Assembly (NCBI GenBank): GCA_964353135.1
Contig: CAYGTV010000001.1
Span: 216,217 to 280,216 of the forward strand
DNA: 64,000 bases
Direction: 5' to 3'
DNA from: an uncultured Candidatus Saccharibacteria bacterium
GTDB lineage: Bacteria; Patescibacteriota; Minisyncoccia; Phycocordibacterales; UBA918
In this document: positions 19,655 to 29,043 of the stretch, one piece after another
How the letters are laid out: each line of letters begins with the position of its first letter
Numbering within the stretch: position 1 is the stretch's first letter
The notes under the pieces: model-generated
Databases searched by the model: none
Told to the model about the DNA's origin: nothing
The model's input: only the letters and a program-made list of their open reading frames with translations
Position numbers and translations under genes: made by a program

Positions 19655-20305
19655 TTAACACGGGGAATCCTTGTAACAGCCTGCTTTGAAAGTTATCTCA
19701 GTCAAGATGTCATCAAAGCGCCAAACTAGGTCAAATTCTTCAATGTATTGTCTCCTGTGCTCTTTGTATTCATCACGTAACCAGCCTGAATTCTCAGTAA
19801 CAAATTTTGAACGCTCGATACCAGAGGTTTTATAAAGAAAATACCAGTGGAAAATTGGTTCTAGTTTATCCAAGGCTTTGACAAATCTTGCTTCTTTTGA
19901 ATCCAGTTTTTCAAACCCTGAGAACACATCCTGTAAGTCTTCTCTCATATGGATAGGTGCAGCGTTAACTATCTCTTGTTCTGCTTGTAACTCCGCTTGT
20001 TTATGATCTTCGGTTTTAGTCTTGGTTGTCATATCATCAACAATTGCTTCTGCCATATCGTGCCAAGTGATATATCGTTTAACCTTTAATGCATCAAGAT
20101 CTAAATACAATGGCAAAAAGTAATCAGCCATAACATGCATTCCGTAGATGTGTTCAGCAACTGACTCCAGTATGTCTCGTTCAGAATTATTCTGTCCCCA
20201 GCGCAGTGTATGTTTTAGGTTGTAGTAAATCGCAAATTGCTCTAGTTCTTGATTAATAAATTCATCGTCACCTAGAATTTTTTGTTTAATTTGCTTAATA
20301 TCCAT
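19655..20305 (-). CDS. HD-domain hydrolase (YfbR/5'-nucleotidase-like)
   Basis: ESVAEH, WHDMAEA, KALDKLEP. Confidence 0.8.
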   Translation of the reverse strand: MDIKQIKQKILGDDEFINQELEQFAIYYNLKHTLRWGQNNSERDILESVAEHIYGMHVMADYFLPLYLDLDALKVKRYITWHDMAEAIVDDMTTKTKTEDHKQAELQAEQEIVNAAPIHMREDLQDVFSGFEKLDSKEARFVKALDKLEPIFHWYFLYKTSGIERSKFVTENSGWLRDEYKEHRRQYIEEFDLVWRFDDILTEITFKAGCYKDSPC

Positions 20306-20309
20306 AACT

Positions 20310-21539
20310 TTAAATTGTAAATTGCCCTTTTTCGTAGATTACTTTTTCGGTTCCGTCGTAGAGCGTGGCAGTAACTGTACGGTCGGTGGTGGTGACGATG
20401 TCGGTGTGTACTACTGAATCGTTGTAGCCTAGTTTGTCCCATTGCTTGTCACTGACTTTTGATGGGTCGCCGACATAGCAGTCGCGGTAGGCGCTCCCCA
20501 GGGCGATGTGACTATTCCCAAAAGTCCCGCCTACGTTTTCGTCGTAAAGTGTCTCAGCCATAAATTTGGTGATCCGCGATAGTCGCGCGTCTGTTAGTGA
20601 GTATTCTCCCACCTGATCACCGCCTTTGTTTTTGATCATTTCCTTGAGGATTTTTTCATTTTTTGTCGCTTTGCTTTTTACGACCTTTCCATTTTTGAAT
20701 TCCAGTTCGATTCCTTCGATCCGTGATCCGTACCGTAATAGTGGCTGGTTGAATTTGATCCAGCCGTTTACCTCACGGAAGTTAGGTGAAGTGAAGACTT
20801 CGTACGATGGGACGTTGTTTCCTCCACCGGCTCGCCAGGCTCGGTCCTTCCCAATCCCTACATGCAGATCAACATCTGCTCCCACCATATGAACTGATTT
20901 AATTTGCAAGTCAGTTAGTTTCTGAGCTGTCTTTTGAACAGTTTGGTTGATTTTTTTCCATTCGGCCACAGGGTTAGCAGAATCTAGATAACACGCCTTG
21001 ATGATTTGGTCCCAATACGCTTTTGTGCTCATCCCCGCTTCCTTGGCTGATGCATCTGTTCCATATAGTCCGAGTGTCCAGGTCATTTTTCCGGCGTCGA
21101 TCTTTTTGAAGCGTAAGTCCTTGACTGGTTTGAGTGATGCAGCTCGCGTCATGATTTTCTTGGGATCGACTCCAGCCAGCGCATTTGGGTCAGTCTCAGC
21201 GATAATGTGGATGCTCGCATCAACCTGGTTAGTCATTCCTTCGTAGTAATCCTTTGCGTAAAAAGCTAGCTGATCTTTGTCTGCATTGTCAAAAATGTTT
21301 TTTGCAAAGTTGTAGTCATCATCATTGTTTGGCAGAAAGATGCCTAGTGGATGGTATCCAGATTTCAAAATTGCTCTTTGCAGGTGAAAGTACATTGGTT
21401 TAGCAACCTCAGGGACCGTAAATTGGACCACAGAGCCTTTTTTAAGCTGTTTACCTGATCTAGACTGCAAACCAAATTTCACGAGTAATTCCGCGTATTT
21501 AGCGAGTATTTCTTCTGAGGGTTTATAGGCTTGTTTCAT
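20310..21539 (-). CDS. M29 family aminopeptidase
   Basis: NVPSYEVFTSP, GEYSL, LYDEN, HIALGSAY, NDSVVHTD. Confidence 0.9.
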   Translation of the reverse strand: MKQAYKPSEEILAKYAELLVKFGLQSRSGKQLKKGSVVQFTVPEVAKPMYFHLQRAILKSGYHPLGIFLPNNDDDYNFAKNIFDNADKDQLAFYAKDYYEGMTNQVDASIHIIAETDPNALAGVDPKKIMTRAASLKPVKDLRFKKIDAGKMTWTLGLYGTDASAKEAGMSTKAYWDQIIKACYLDSANPVAEWKKINQTVQKTAQKLTDLQIKSVHMVGADVDLHVGIGKDRAWRAGGGNNVPSYEVFTSPNFREVNGWIKFNQPLLRYGSRIEGIELEFKNGKVVKSKATKNEKILKEMIKNKGGDQVGEYSLTDARLSRITKFMAETLYDENVGGTFGNSHIALGSAYRDCYVGDPSKVSDKQWDKLGYNDSVVHTDIVTTTDRTVTATLYDGTEKVIYEKGQFTI

Positions 21540-21583
21540 ATGCCTGGATTATATCAGATTTATATAAATCTGGAGCTGCAACA

Positions 21584-21856
21584 TTGGCATGGCTCATCTA
21601 TGCCGGACCCACCCAAGAAAAGAAATTTGCGGTTGCGAAAGAAAATCTTGAGCTCCGGCTCACCACCATGATGGGTGGCGAAGCCGGCTGCGCAACAGAC
21701 ACAGAAATCAAGTCTGCCGTTGAAAAGATTGCTGCTGATCCAGCTGCATTTAAGCGACACAATCTGATCTCGTTCCAAAACTGCGCCGTGCCAGTTTTCG
21801 GCTCTGATTTGGATTCGCGGCTGTATCATCTCCGGGAAACTTTCCCGGGAGCATGA
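21584..21856 (+). CDS. Hypothetical protein, SD-led mini-cassette B (90 aa, TTG start)
   Basis: GGAG 21572-21575, 8 nt before TTG; hairpin terminator 21866-21897; promoter not clearly resolved. Confidence 0.55.
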   Translation: MAWLIYAGPTQEKKFAVAKENLELRLTTMMGGEAGCATDTEIKSAVEKIAADPAAFKRHNLISFQNCAVPVFGSDLDSRLYHLRETFPGA

Positions 21857-21865
21857 CCAAAACAC

Positions 21866-21897
21866 TAAGGGCCGATTCAGAAATGGATCGGCCCTTA
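21866..21897. terminator. Bidirectional hairpin terminator
   Basis: taagggccgattc/ggatcggccctta between convergent ORFs. Confidence 0.75.
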
Positions 21898-21904
21898 TTC
21901 GTTC

Positions 21905-22087
21905 TTATTTCTTAAACATTTTATAGATCGGGTACGCAGAAAATATCACTATGTATATCAGTAATGGTATGCCGTATGAATGTAACACTTCCATAATTTC
22001 CATACCTTTGATAAGGATAAGAAATACTATGATGCCAACAAAAATCGATATCTCAAACGCGTACAAGTGAAAGTCTGAACGGTCCAT
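21905..22087 (-). CDS. Small membrane protein (60 aa, 2 TM)
   Basis: Starts 3 nt after the aspS stop; hydrophobic. Confidence 0.55.
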   Translation of the reverse strand: MDRSDFHLYAFEISIFVGIIVFLILIKGMEIMEVLHSYGIPLLIYIVIFSAYPIYKMFKK

Positions 22088-22090
22088 GAC

Positions 22091-23497
22091 TTATTTTGCT
22101 TCTGCATTTCCAGGTTTTTGAACTGAAAGTCCAAGTTCAATCAATTGCTCAATCTCCAATGGCTTTGGTGCATTCATAACAGCTGTCTGCCCCTTTCGGG
22201 TCATTGGAAATGCCTGCACTTCTCGGAGCGATTCTTCACCGGTAAGATTCATAACGTTTCTCTCTACTCCTAGTGCAATTCCTCCATGAGGTGGAGTGCC
22301 GTATTTGAACGCTTCTAGCATGTGACCTACTTTGTCTTGGATTTCTTCGTCTGTGTTCCCCATGACTTTATAGACAGCTTCTATAATTTCTGGTTTATGT
22401 GAACGGATGCTTCCTCCTCCGGCTTCAAATCCGTTGCAAACTAGGTCGTATTGAGTAGTAAGAATGTTCTCAATATTTTCTCCCTTCATTAAATCTTCAA
22501 TGAACTCAGCTTTTGGCATTGAGAATGGATTGTGAGTAAAGGTCCAACCTCCTTCGTTTGTTTTCTCGAAGAACGGAAAATCAATCACCCATGCATATGC
22601 AAGTACACCATTTTCTTTGTCTTCTTCTGTTCTTAGGTCGAATTTATCTGCTCCATATTTTTCCATTGATTCAGCATAAGTAACCCGTGGAAATGGTTTC
22701 TGTTTAATTGTGTATCCCATATCTTCAACCGTCGTAGTAATCATTTCTTCAATGATATTCATTACGTCTGTCTGCTCAACAAAGGACATTTCGACGTCAA
22801 TTTGAGTATGTTCGTATCCTCGGTCAGCCCGCAAGTCTTCGTCTCTAATAGCTCGAGCGATTTGTACGTAACGTTCAAATCCGGCATTCATTAGCAATTG
22901 CTTGTATTGCTGTGGTGATTGCGGTAGAGCATAAAATTTCCCTGGGTTATGTCGACTTGGTACCACGAAGTCACGTGAACCCTCAGGTGTCGATTCAGTC
23001 AAAAGTGGTGTTTCAATTTCACAGAAGTCTCGATCCATGAGGAAGTCTCTACACTTCTTTACAAACTCACTTCGAACGCGCATGTTTCTTTGCATTCGCT
23101 CGGTACGTAAGTCGAGAGATCGATGTTTGAGTCTTACTTCCTCATCCTTTCCTAATGAGTCTTCTGTAAGATCAAATGGCGCTGTAGCAGCTTCGTTTAA
23201 GATTGTAATTCCAGTGATTTCTAGTTCAATGTCTCCGTTAATAACCCCTTCCTTGATAGCCTTTTCTGGCCGCGCATTTACCATACCTGTCATTGCTACT
23301 ACATACTCGGCTTTGAGTGTCTTTGCTACTTCAAGTACATCAGGTTTGCCAAAGACTACCCCCTGCACTTTTCCGCTTCGGTCTCGAATATCACAAAATA
23401 CCATCTTACTCTGGTCTCGCGTGACGTGAATCCACCCATTGATGGTGACTTCTTTTCCTTTGTGTGCACTTAGTTCTGCAATTAGTGTTCGTTCCAT
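22091..23497 (-). CDS. aspS: Aspartate--tRNA ligase, short form without GAD insertion
   Basis: STPEGSRDFVVP, ALPQSPQQYKQLLM, RDEDLRADR, PPHGGIALGVER. Confidence 0.92.
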   Translation of the reverse strand: MERTLIAELSAHKGKEVTINGWIHVTRDQSKMVFCDIRDRSGKVQGVVFGKPDVLEVAKTLKAEYVVAMTGMVNARPEKAIKEGVINGDIELEITGITILNEAATAPFDLTEDSLGKDEEVRLKHRSLDLRTERMQRNMRVRSEFVKKCRDFLMDRDFCEIETPLLTESTPEGSRDFVVPSRHNPGKFYALPQSPQQYKQLLMNAGFERYVQIARAIRDEDLRADRGYEHTQIDVEMSFVEQTDVMNIIEEMITTTVEDMGYTIKQKPFPRVTYAESMEKYGADKFDLRTEEDKENGVLAYAWVIDFPFFEKTNEGGWTFTHNPFSMPKAEFIEDLMKGENIENILTTQYDLVCNGFEAGGGSIRSHKPEIIEAVYKVMGNTDEEIQDKVGHMLEAFKYGTPPHGGIALGVERNVMNLTGEESLREVQAFPMTRKGQTAVMNAPKPLEIEQLIELGLSVQKPGNAEAK

Positions 23498-23500
23498 GAT

Positions 23501-24451
23501 TTATAGGTTAATGCCGATAGCGGTTCGGACTTTCTTGATAGTTTGGTTTGAGGTTTCTTTTGCTCGGGCTGCACCATCTAGTAATACGTGCTGTACATGT
23601 TCATCGGTGATTGAGTCTCGGCGTTCTCGCATTGGCGCGATGAGCGCAATCAGGTCAGCTGCGAGGATTTTTTTGAGGTCACCGTACCGACCTTTGTGTG
23701 TTTCATAGATTGGTTCTAGTTCCTCGGCTGTTTTGAGTAGGCGGTGAATAGCATAGACATGTTCTGGTCGGTCTCCGTCACTGTCGGTCACAATTCCCAT
23801 GACGGCTTTTTCGATCTCGTCGTCAGTTCCAAACAGAGGAATGGTGTTGCCTTTGCTTTTACTCATCTTTTCACCATCAGTTCCGGGAACGACTCCTACC
23901 GTATCAAGAATCATTTCTTTTGGCTCCTTGAGTAGGTTATCGCCATAGGCCCGGTTAAATTTTCCCACTGCTTCCCGGGTGTATTCCAGATGTTGTCGTT
24001 GGTCTTCCCCGACCGGTACAACATCGATATCGTAGAGTGTGATATCGGCCGCTTGCAGCATTGGGTAGGTAAATAGTCCGGCGTTTGGTTCCAGCCCTTT
24101 GGCTACTTTGTCTTTGTAGGAGTGTGCCAACTGCAAAAACGGCACAGTCACCATGCAGTTAAAGACCCAGCCGAGTTCCATGTGGTCCTGGTTATCAGAT
24201 TGTCGGAACATGATGCATTTTTTGGGATCAACACCCACTGCCAGGTAGTCTTTGACAACATTGATAATGTTCTGATGCATTTCTTGTGGGTCACGTAGCG
24301 AAGTAAGGGCATGGTAGTCGGCTACCATCAGGTGGCTATCGTACTCCTCGTACATTTCTACAAATGGTTTAAGCGCACCAAAATAGTTCCCGATGTGCAG
24401 GGTTCCAGATGATTGTAGTCCAGTTAGTAAACGTTTTTTAGATTCTGACAT
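23501..24451 (-). CDS. trpS: Tryptophan--tRNA ligase
   Basis: LHIGNY, YPMLQAAD, VPVGEDQRQH, KMSKS; start at ATG 24451. Confidence 0.95.
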   Translation of the reverse strand: MSESKKRLLTGLQSSGTLHIGNYFGALKPFVEMYEEYDSHLMVADYHALTSLRDPQEMHQNIINVVKDYLAVGVDPKKCIMFRQSDNQDHMELGWVFNCMVTVPFLQLAHSYKDKVAKGLEPNAGLFTYPMLQAADITLYDIDVVPVGEDQRQHLEYTREAVGKFNRAYGDNLLKEPKEMILDTVGVVPGTDGEKMSKSKGNTIPLFGTDDEIEKAVMGIVTDSDGDRPEHVYAIHRLLKTAEELEPIYETHKGRYGDLKKILAADLIALIAPMRERRDSITDEHVQHVLLDGAARAKETSNQTIKKVRTAIGINL

Positions 24452-24518
24452 ATTTGCTTGCAATAGTACCAAAAAACGCCTGTAAAACAAACGTTTCTTG
24501 TGACCTCATTGAGATTTA

Positions 24519-24636
24519 TTTCTAAAGTTGATGCAGGTGAGCTGGATAGAACAATTATTTCAATTGAAACGCAAATTGATACGTTGATGGCGGAATAACT
24601 GTGAAGGCAGTTCAGATGCACCACTTTTGGGAGAAA
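24519..24636 (-). ncRNA. Candidate rod-shaped structured RNA 3' of the histidine kinase gene
   Basis: Minus-strand pairings tttct/agaaa, aaagt/acttt, ggtgca/tgcatc, tgaactg/cagctca, tcaatt/aattga. Confidence 0.4.
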
Positions 24637-24639
24637 GCT

Positions 24640-26322
24640 TTACATTGCAAGTGGTAAGGTAAGAGTAAACCGAGATCCTTTCCCTGGGCCTTCTGAGTGG
24701 GCAGTGATGCTTCCTCCCATCGCTTCGGCCATCTTTTGCGCCACAAATAGTCCCAGCCCCGATCCTGATTTGTTTATATCATTAGCACCATCAGCCCGAC
24801 TAAATTTCTGGAAAAGTATGTCAATCGTTTCTTTTGACATACCTATTCCGGTATCGATAATGTCAACCGAGATAGTCTTGCTTTTCAAGTCGTCTCGCAT
24901 AAATACAGTAACCGTTCCTTTTGGTGTGTATTTTATCGAATTATTGATTAGGTTGTGAGCAATTTGAATTGTTTTACCGACGTCTGCACTAACAATCGCC
25001 TTACTCTGTAAGTCGGTTCTAAATAGCAGCATCAGCCCTTGTTTGATTGCAGTTGGTCTGATGTCGTCAGTTACACCTTCGATCTCGTGTCTAAGATTGA
25101 AATCAGACACCTCGTACTTCATGTTTCCAGACTCAATTCGAGAAACGTTGAGGTAATCCTCGACTACTAGAGCCATATTTTTTGCCGAAGATTCTATTCG
25201 TTCGATTGGTTCTTTGGCTTTGTCTGGGATCGGACCAAAGCTCCCCTCAGATAACATAGAAGCGTATCCACGAATCGAGGTGAGTGGGCTCCGTAATTGA
25301 TGTGAAGCAATCGACACAAACTCCGACTTCTGTTTATCAAGCGCCTTGAGGCGGACGTTAGCTTTTTCTAAATCAGTTGCAAGTTTCTCGATTCTCTCTC
25401 TTTGTTTGATTTCATTTCTAACACTACGAATAAGTAATACTCCTAGTATTATTGTGATTATCAAGGTTGCCAAAGCTATGGCTTGAACATTTTCAAGTTT
25501 TCTAACAAACAAGAGAGATGCAATAAGAACACCTAGCCCGGTGACCAAGGCTTCTGTTGCCATGATTTTTGCTTTGAACATTTGATAACGAACCATCAAA
25601 TATGTGATAAAGGCTACAAATATCGGCATACCAAAGAGGCCGTACTGACCTAGTTCCCAGTTTGTTTCAAAACTTCCAAGAATATTTCCTACCGAAAATG
25701 AAAATAAAAACGCTAGCATACCAGCTGTTGCGAGTGAAAATTCAATCCGTCGGCTTTTATTTTTAATTTTTCTTATTTCCTTGACTGCAAAAGTCAAAAT
25801 ACCTAGTGCAATGATAATCTCCGCGTAATACACGTATGATTGCCAGAGTGGTCCTTCGAGTGCTTCTCTCCAGCAGTTGGTAAAATCAAAACCTAACAAA
25901 TTGAGTGATGTGTGGGTAAACAAGAACGCAGGAACAAAAATTAGAAAAATAGCTAGCTCGCTTCTCCATGAAGGCCATCTGTTAGTGATTAGTGTATGTA
26001 TGAAATAGTAGGAAGCAACATAGATCAATAGCTCGAAGTGAATCAAGATTGACCAAAAGAACATAATCAAATCAGATCGTTCCGACGCCCATAGTACAAG
26101 GTCAATGAGACTCCAGGCGGTGAATGCTAATGCTAAGAAAAGTAAAGCGATTGAGGTTTTTGCTCTAGGATTATGGAAAAAGACAAACAAAGCAATCAGT
26201 AGGATCGAAAGCGACGGAAACAGATGTGAGTAGTAAATAAAGTTACCCCAAATATTCTCTGAGAAAATCAGGTATGGTGCAGGTTCCCAGAGGCAAATTG
26301 TTGGATCAGCAATATTTCCCAT
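24640..26322 (-). CDS. Sensor histidine kinase with multi-TM (HisKA_7TM-like) input domain
   Basis: H-box IASHQLRSPL, N-box NLINNSIKYT, DTGIGM, GSGLGL. Confidence 0.92.
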   Translation of the reverse strand: MGNIADPTICLWEPAPYLIFSENIWGNFIYYSHLFPSLSILLIALFVFFHNPRAKTSIALLFLALAFTAWSLIDLVLWASERSDLIMFFWSILIHFELLIYVASYYFIHTLITNRWPSWRSELAIFLIFVPAFLFTHTSLNLLGFDFTNCWREALEGPLWQSYVYYAEIIIALGILTFAVKEIRKIKNKSRRIEFSLATAGMLAFLFSFSVGNILGSFETNWELGQYGLFGMPIFVAFITYLMVRYQMFKAKIMATEALVTGLGVLIASLLFVRKLENVQAIALATLIITIILGVLLIRSVRNEIKQRERIEKLATDLEKANVRLKALDKQKSEFVSIASHQLRSPLTSIRGYASMLSEGSFGPIPDKAKEPIERIESSAKNMALVVEDYLNVSRIESGNMKYEVSDFNLRHEIEGVTDDIRPTAIKQGLMLLFRTDLQSKAIVSADVGKTIQIAHNLINNSIKYTPKGTVTVFMRDDLKSKTISVDIIDTGIGMSKETIDILFQKFSRADGANDINKSGSGLGLFVAQKMAEAMGGSITAHSEGPGKGSRFTLTLPLAM

Positions 26323-26324
26323 GT

Positions 26325-26501
26325 TTATTCAGCAAAAAGTTCTTCGAAATAATCCTCAGTTTCAGGGCCGTCAGGGTTTGTAAAGATCACGTAGTCTTGC
26401 TGTACAACTTTGACATAATAAGTGACCGCAATCGAGAATGCGATCATCGATAGCGTGATGACTCTTATGAGTAGTGCAAAATTAAACGGTTTCTTTAACA
26501 T
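26325..26501 (-). CDS. 58-aa membrane-anchored peptide, not in the ORF track
   Basis: MLKKPFNFALLIRVITLSMIAFSIAVTYYVKVVQQDYVIFTNPDGPETEDYFEELFAE*; TATACT 11 nt upstream; stop 2 nt before kinase ATG. Confidence 0.7.
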   Translation of the reverse strand: MLKKPFNFALLIRVITLSMIAFSIAVTYYVKVVQQDYVIFTNPDGPETEDYFEELFAE

Positions 26502-26567
26502 GAACTATCTCTAGTATAGCCGGTCATCTCTCTGCTGAGTCTTACTAATATCGTTTTTGTGTATAAC

Positions 26568-27053
26568 TTATGATAAACAGTCAATCTCGTACACTCTTTG
26601 GAAATTCTTGGGTATGTTTGCTCTGTTTTTATTAAATTCAACTTTGCTTAGGGTAAAAATTGGACCAATGGTCTTTCTGCAGTTACGCGCTCCACAATGA
26701 CACCGACCCGGTAAAACCCAGTCCTTATCAGCTTCGGTAAAAGAGTAGTCCATTAGGAGCTCTTCGTTTGGTTGTATGTCTCTGATAGCGATGACTTTTC
26801 GTTTCGTCACAATAGCCACATTTGGATTGCATGAGTGGTTGATGTATTTAAATTTTGATTTTTTAGTATCAATCCAAGTATATCTTCCTGCTCCAATCCA
26901 ATCTAAACTTTGTTTTGCTAAAACAGTCGAGAATTTTTTTACTACTTTTAGAGGGCCATGAACATAGTCGACGGTTTCGTTGGCTTGGATTAGTTCGGCT
27001 GTATGTAGACCGTCTCCGTTAATTTTGCTTTTACGCACGTATAGTTGTTTCAT
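26568..27053 (-). CDS. SET-domain protein-lysine methyltransferase with post-SET cysteines
   Basis: GLHTA, INHSCNPN, ELLMDY, CHCGARNCR. Confidence 0.9.
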   Translation of the reverse strand: MKQLYVRKSKINGDGLHTAELIQANETVDYVHGPLKVVKKFSTVLAKQSLDWIGAGRYTWIDTKKSKFKYINHSCNPNVAIVTKRKVIAIRDIQPNEELLMDYSFTEADKDWVLPGRCHCGARNCRKTIGPIFTLSKVEFNKNRANIPKNFQRVYEIDCLS

Positions 27054-27708
27054 ATGTTGTCATTTTTCGTAGGGCCAGTATACCAACAAGTCCATGCATT
27101 AGTGCATTTGAGACTGGATAAAACATGAGCGGGTGCCAAAACGCGCCATGAGTAGCAAACGTTACACCAGCTAGAATCGCATAAGCAGCAGCCCATATAG
27201 TCCATGGGAACCAATGTTCTTTTTCAGGGTTTTTCCATGTTGAGTGTAGTAAAGGATAGAATGATGGAAACGTTGAGAGGTTTGATAAAAACAAGAACCC
27301 CAGCACTGCCCATTCCCGATATTCTGGTGTGAGAAAGGCTGCACCGGCAAGTATCCAGGCTCCTATGTAAGCAATGGTGATAGCTATGTCACCCAAGAAA
27401 GACACTTTGTCCCAAAAATCCTCTGGCCACCAATCCTCTGGCCACCATTTATGGGGATTAATCAGACGAGCTTTTTTCCAACAACGATAGGAAACGTACA
27501 CGGCTAGTGTTCCGCATACAGTCGGGAGTATTAGTTCTGCAAACGTAGCGTTAGCATCCCATTCAAGCACCGCTAGAATCAAGGTGCCATACGCAAACAT
27601 AAACCACGTAACTGGCTCTGGGTCGATGTCTTCGTTTCTTATGTAAAAGATGTAGCCGATGAGCTGAAGTACTCCAGCTATAATCCCGGCAAGTAGTATT
27701 AAAGACAT
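27031..27708 (-). CDS. Multi-pass membrane protein of unknown function
   Basis: About 7 hydrophobic helices; overlaps the SET gene start. Confidence 0.7.
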   Translation of the reverse strand: MSLILLAGIIAGVLQLIGYIFYIRNEDIDPEPVTWFMFAYGTLILAVLEWDANATFAELILPTVCGTLAVYVSYRCWKKARLINPHKWWPEDWWPEDFWDKVSFLGDIAITIAYIGAWILAGAAFLTPEYREWAVLGFLFLSNLSTFPSFYPLLHSTWKNPEKEHWFPWTIWAAAYAILAGVTFATHGAFWHPLMFYPVSNALMHGLVGILALRKMTTYETTIRA

Positions 27709-27777
27709 ATCAGATCAAAAGTAGACTCATACTACCAGAAACTTGTTTAAAAATAACGTTTCTAGTGTTCCTACTGT

Positions 27778-28983
27778 TCACATCTCGAGCGGCAACACCA
27801 GAGTAAAACGTGATCCCTTTCCTATCCCCTCTGAGTGAGCACTGATGTTCCCTCCCATAGCTACAGCAAGTTTCTGAGCCAGACATAAACGCAGATTATC
27901 TCCACAGACTTTTGATCCAGCATCGAGAGTTGAGTCTTTTTTGAAGGTAGTCTTGATTTGGTCAGATGAGATCCCTTTTCCGGTGTCGATCACGTCTACA
28001 TATACTTTTTTTGTTTTGAGGTCATCACGCACAAAGGCAGTGATGGTACCACGTGGGGTATTTTCCTCTGCCTGGGTAATGAGGATGCGCAGGATTTGAT
28101 GCACTTTGGTTCTATCAGCGTTGATAATAGTTTGGCTTGTGAGGTTTGTTCTGAGCAATAGGATGAGACCTTTTTTTAAAATTGCCGGACGTAGTTCGTC
28201 ACAGATAGTTTCGACTGTATCCCGCAGGTTGAGGTCGGTCAGACTGAGGTCCATGTGACCAGCCTCGAGCTTGGTTAGGTCTAGATGAGTTTCGATTGTT
28301 CTGGCCATCGCTTTGGCAGAGTCATTGATTTTGAGCAAGGCGTTTCGACTTTGTTCAGCATTTGCATCAGTATTTGATTCAAGAAGTGATTCAATCTGTA
28401 CTCGGAGGTTTGTCAGTGGCGTTCGTAACTGTTTAATGGTTCCTGCCAGGTCAGAGCTATGTTTCTGATTTTTCTTGAGCAGTTTAGCAGACGTCTGAGC
28501 GGCATTGTTGACACTGTCGTTGGCACGATGTTGATGATATCGGACACCGTGTACCAATAGATGGATACAGCACAGTGCTGCAGCTGCAATGATTCCCATC
28601 ATGTACCACGAAAGATAGGTGAAGAAATTACTAGTGGCACACGCCCCGATCGCTCCATTGATACTCTGGCTGCTCGGTAACACGAGCAAAACTGGGACAC
28701 TTGCCAAGTAGACAAGCCACACCAGCACTCGTTTGTAGGCTTCAACCGGTTGCAGTTGGTGATACGTAGCTGACAACGCACCCAAGCTGGCGGCAATTGC
28801 CAGAATCCACAGTCCTATGGTCAACATCACATCCACACTGCTGGTATAGAGATAGCAAAAATTGTTGGTGCTAGTTGGGTCAGCAGTAACATTGAAAATC
28901 AATATAGCAACAGTTAAGATCGCTAAAACCGCAAAGCAAATGCTCCGCGTCTGTTCGAGTGGACTGGCCAAGTTACGCCCCAT
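27778..28983 (-). CDS. Degenerate histidine kinase paralog (pseudokinase)
   Basis: C-terminal half aligns to the 24640..26322 kinase but H-box His, N-box Asn and G2 box are lost. Confidence 0.8.
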   Translation of the reverse strand: MGRNLASPLEQTRSICFAVLAILTVAILIFNVTADPTSTNNFCYLYTSSVDVMLTIGLWILAIAASLGALSATYHQLQPVEAYKRVLVWLVYLASVPVLLVLPSSQSINGAIGACATSNFFTYLSWYMMGIIAAAALCCIHLLVHGVRYHQHRANDSVNNAAQTSAKLLKKNQKHSSDLAGTIKQLRTPLTNLRVQIESLLESNTDANAEQSRNALLKINDSAKAMARTIETHLDLTKLEAGHMDLSLTDLNLRDTVETICDELRPAILKKGLILLLRTNLTSQTIINADRTKVHQILRILITQAEENTPRGTITAFVRDDLKTKKVYVDVIDTGKGISSDQIKTTFKKDSTLDAGSKVCGDNLRLCLAQKLAVAMGGNISAHSEGIGKGSRFTLVLPLEM

Positions 28984-29043
28984 ATGTAGTACCAGTATAT
29001 CAAGCGGCCGGTTCTTTTTATGTAGTTATTACGCTAGCAATCC

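Noticed and set aside
24452-24640. T-box leader for trpS
   Set aside because: No T-box or specifier motifs; trpS has a -10 box 11 nt before its ATG.
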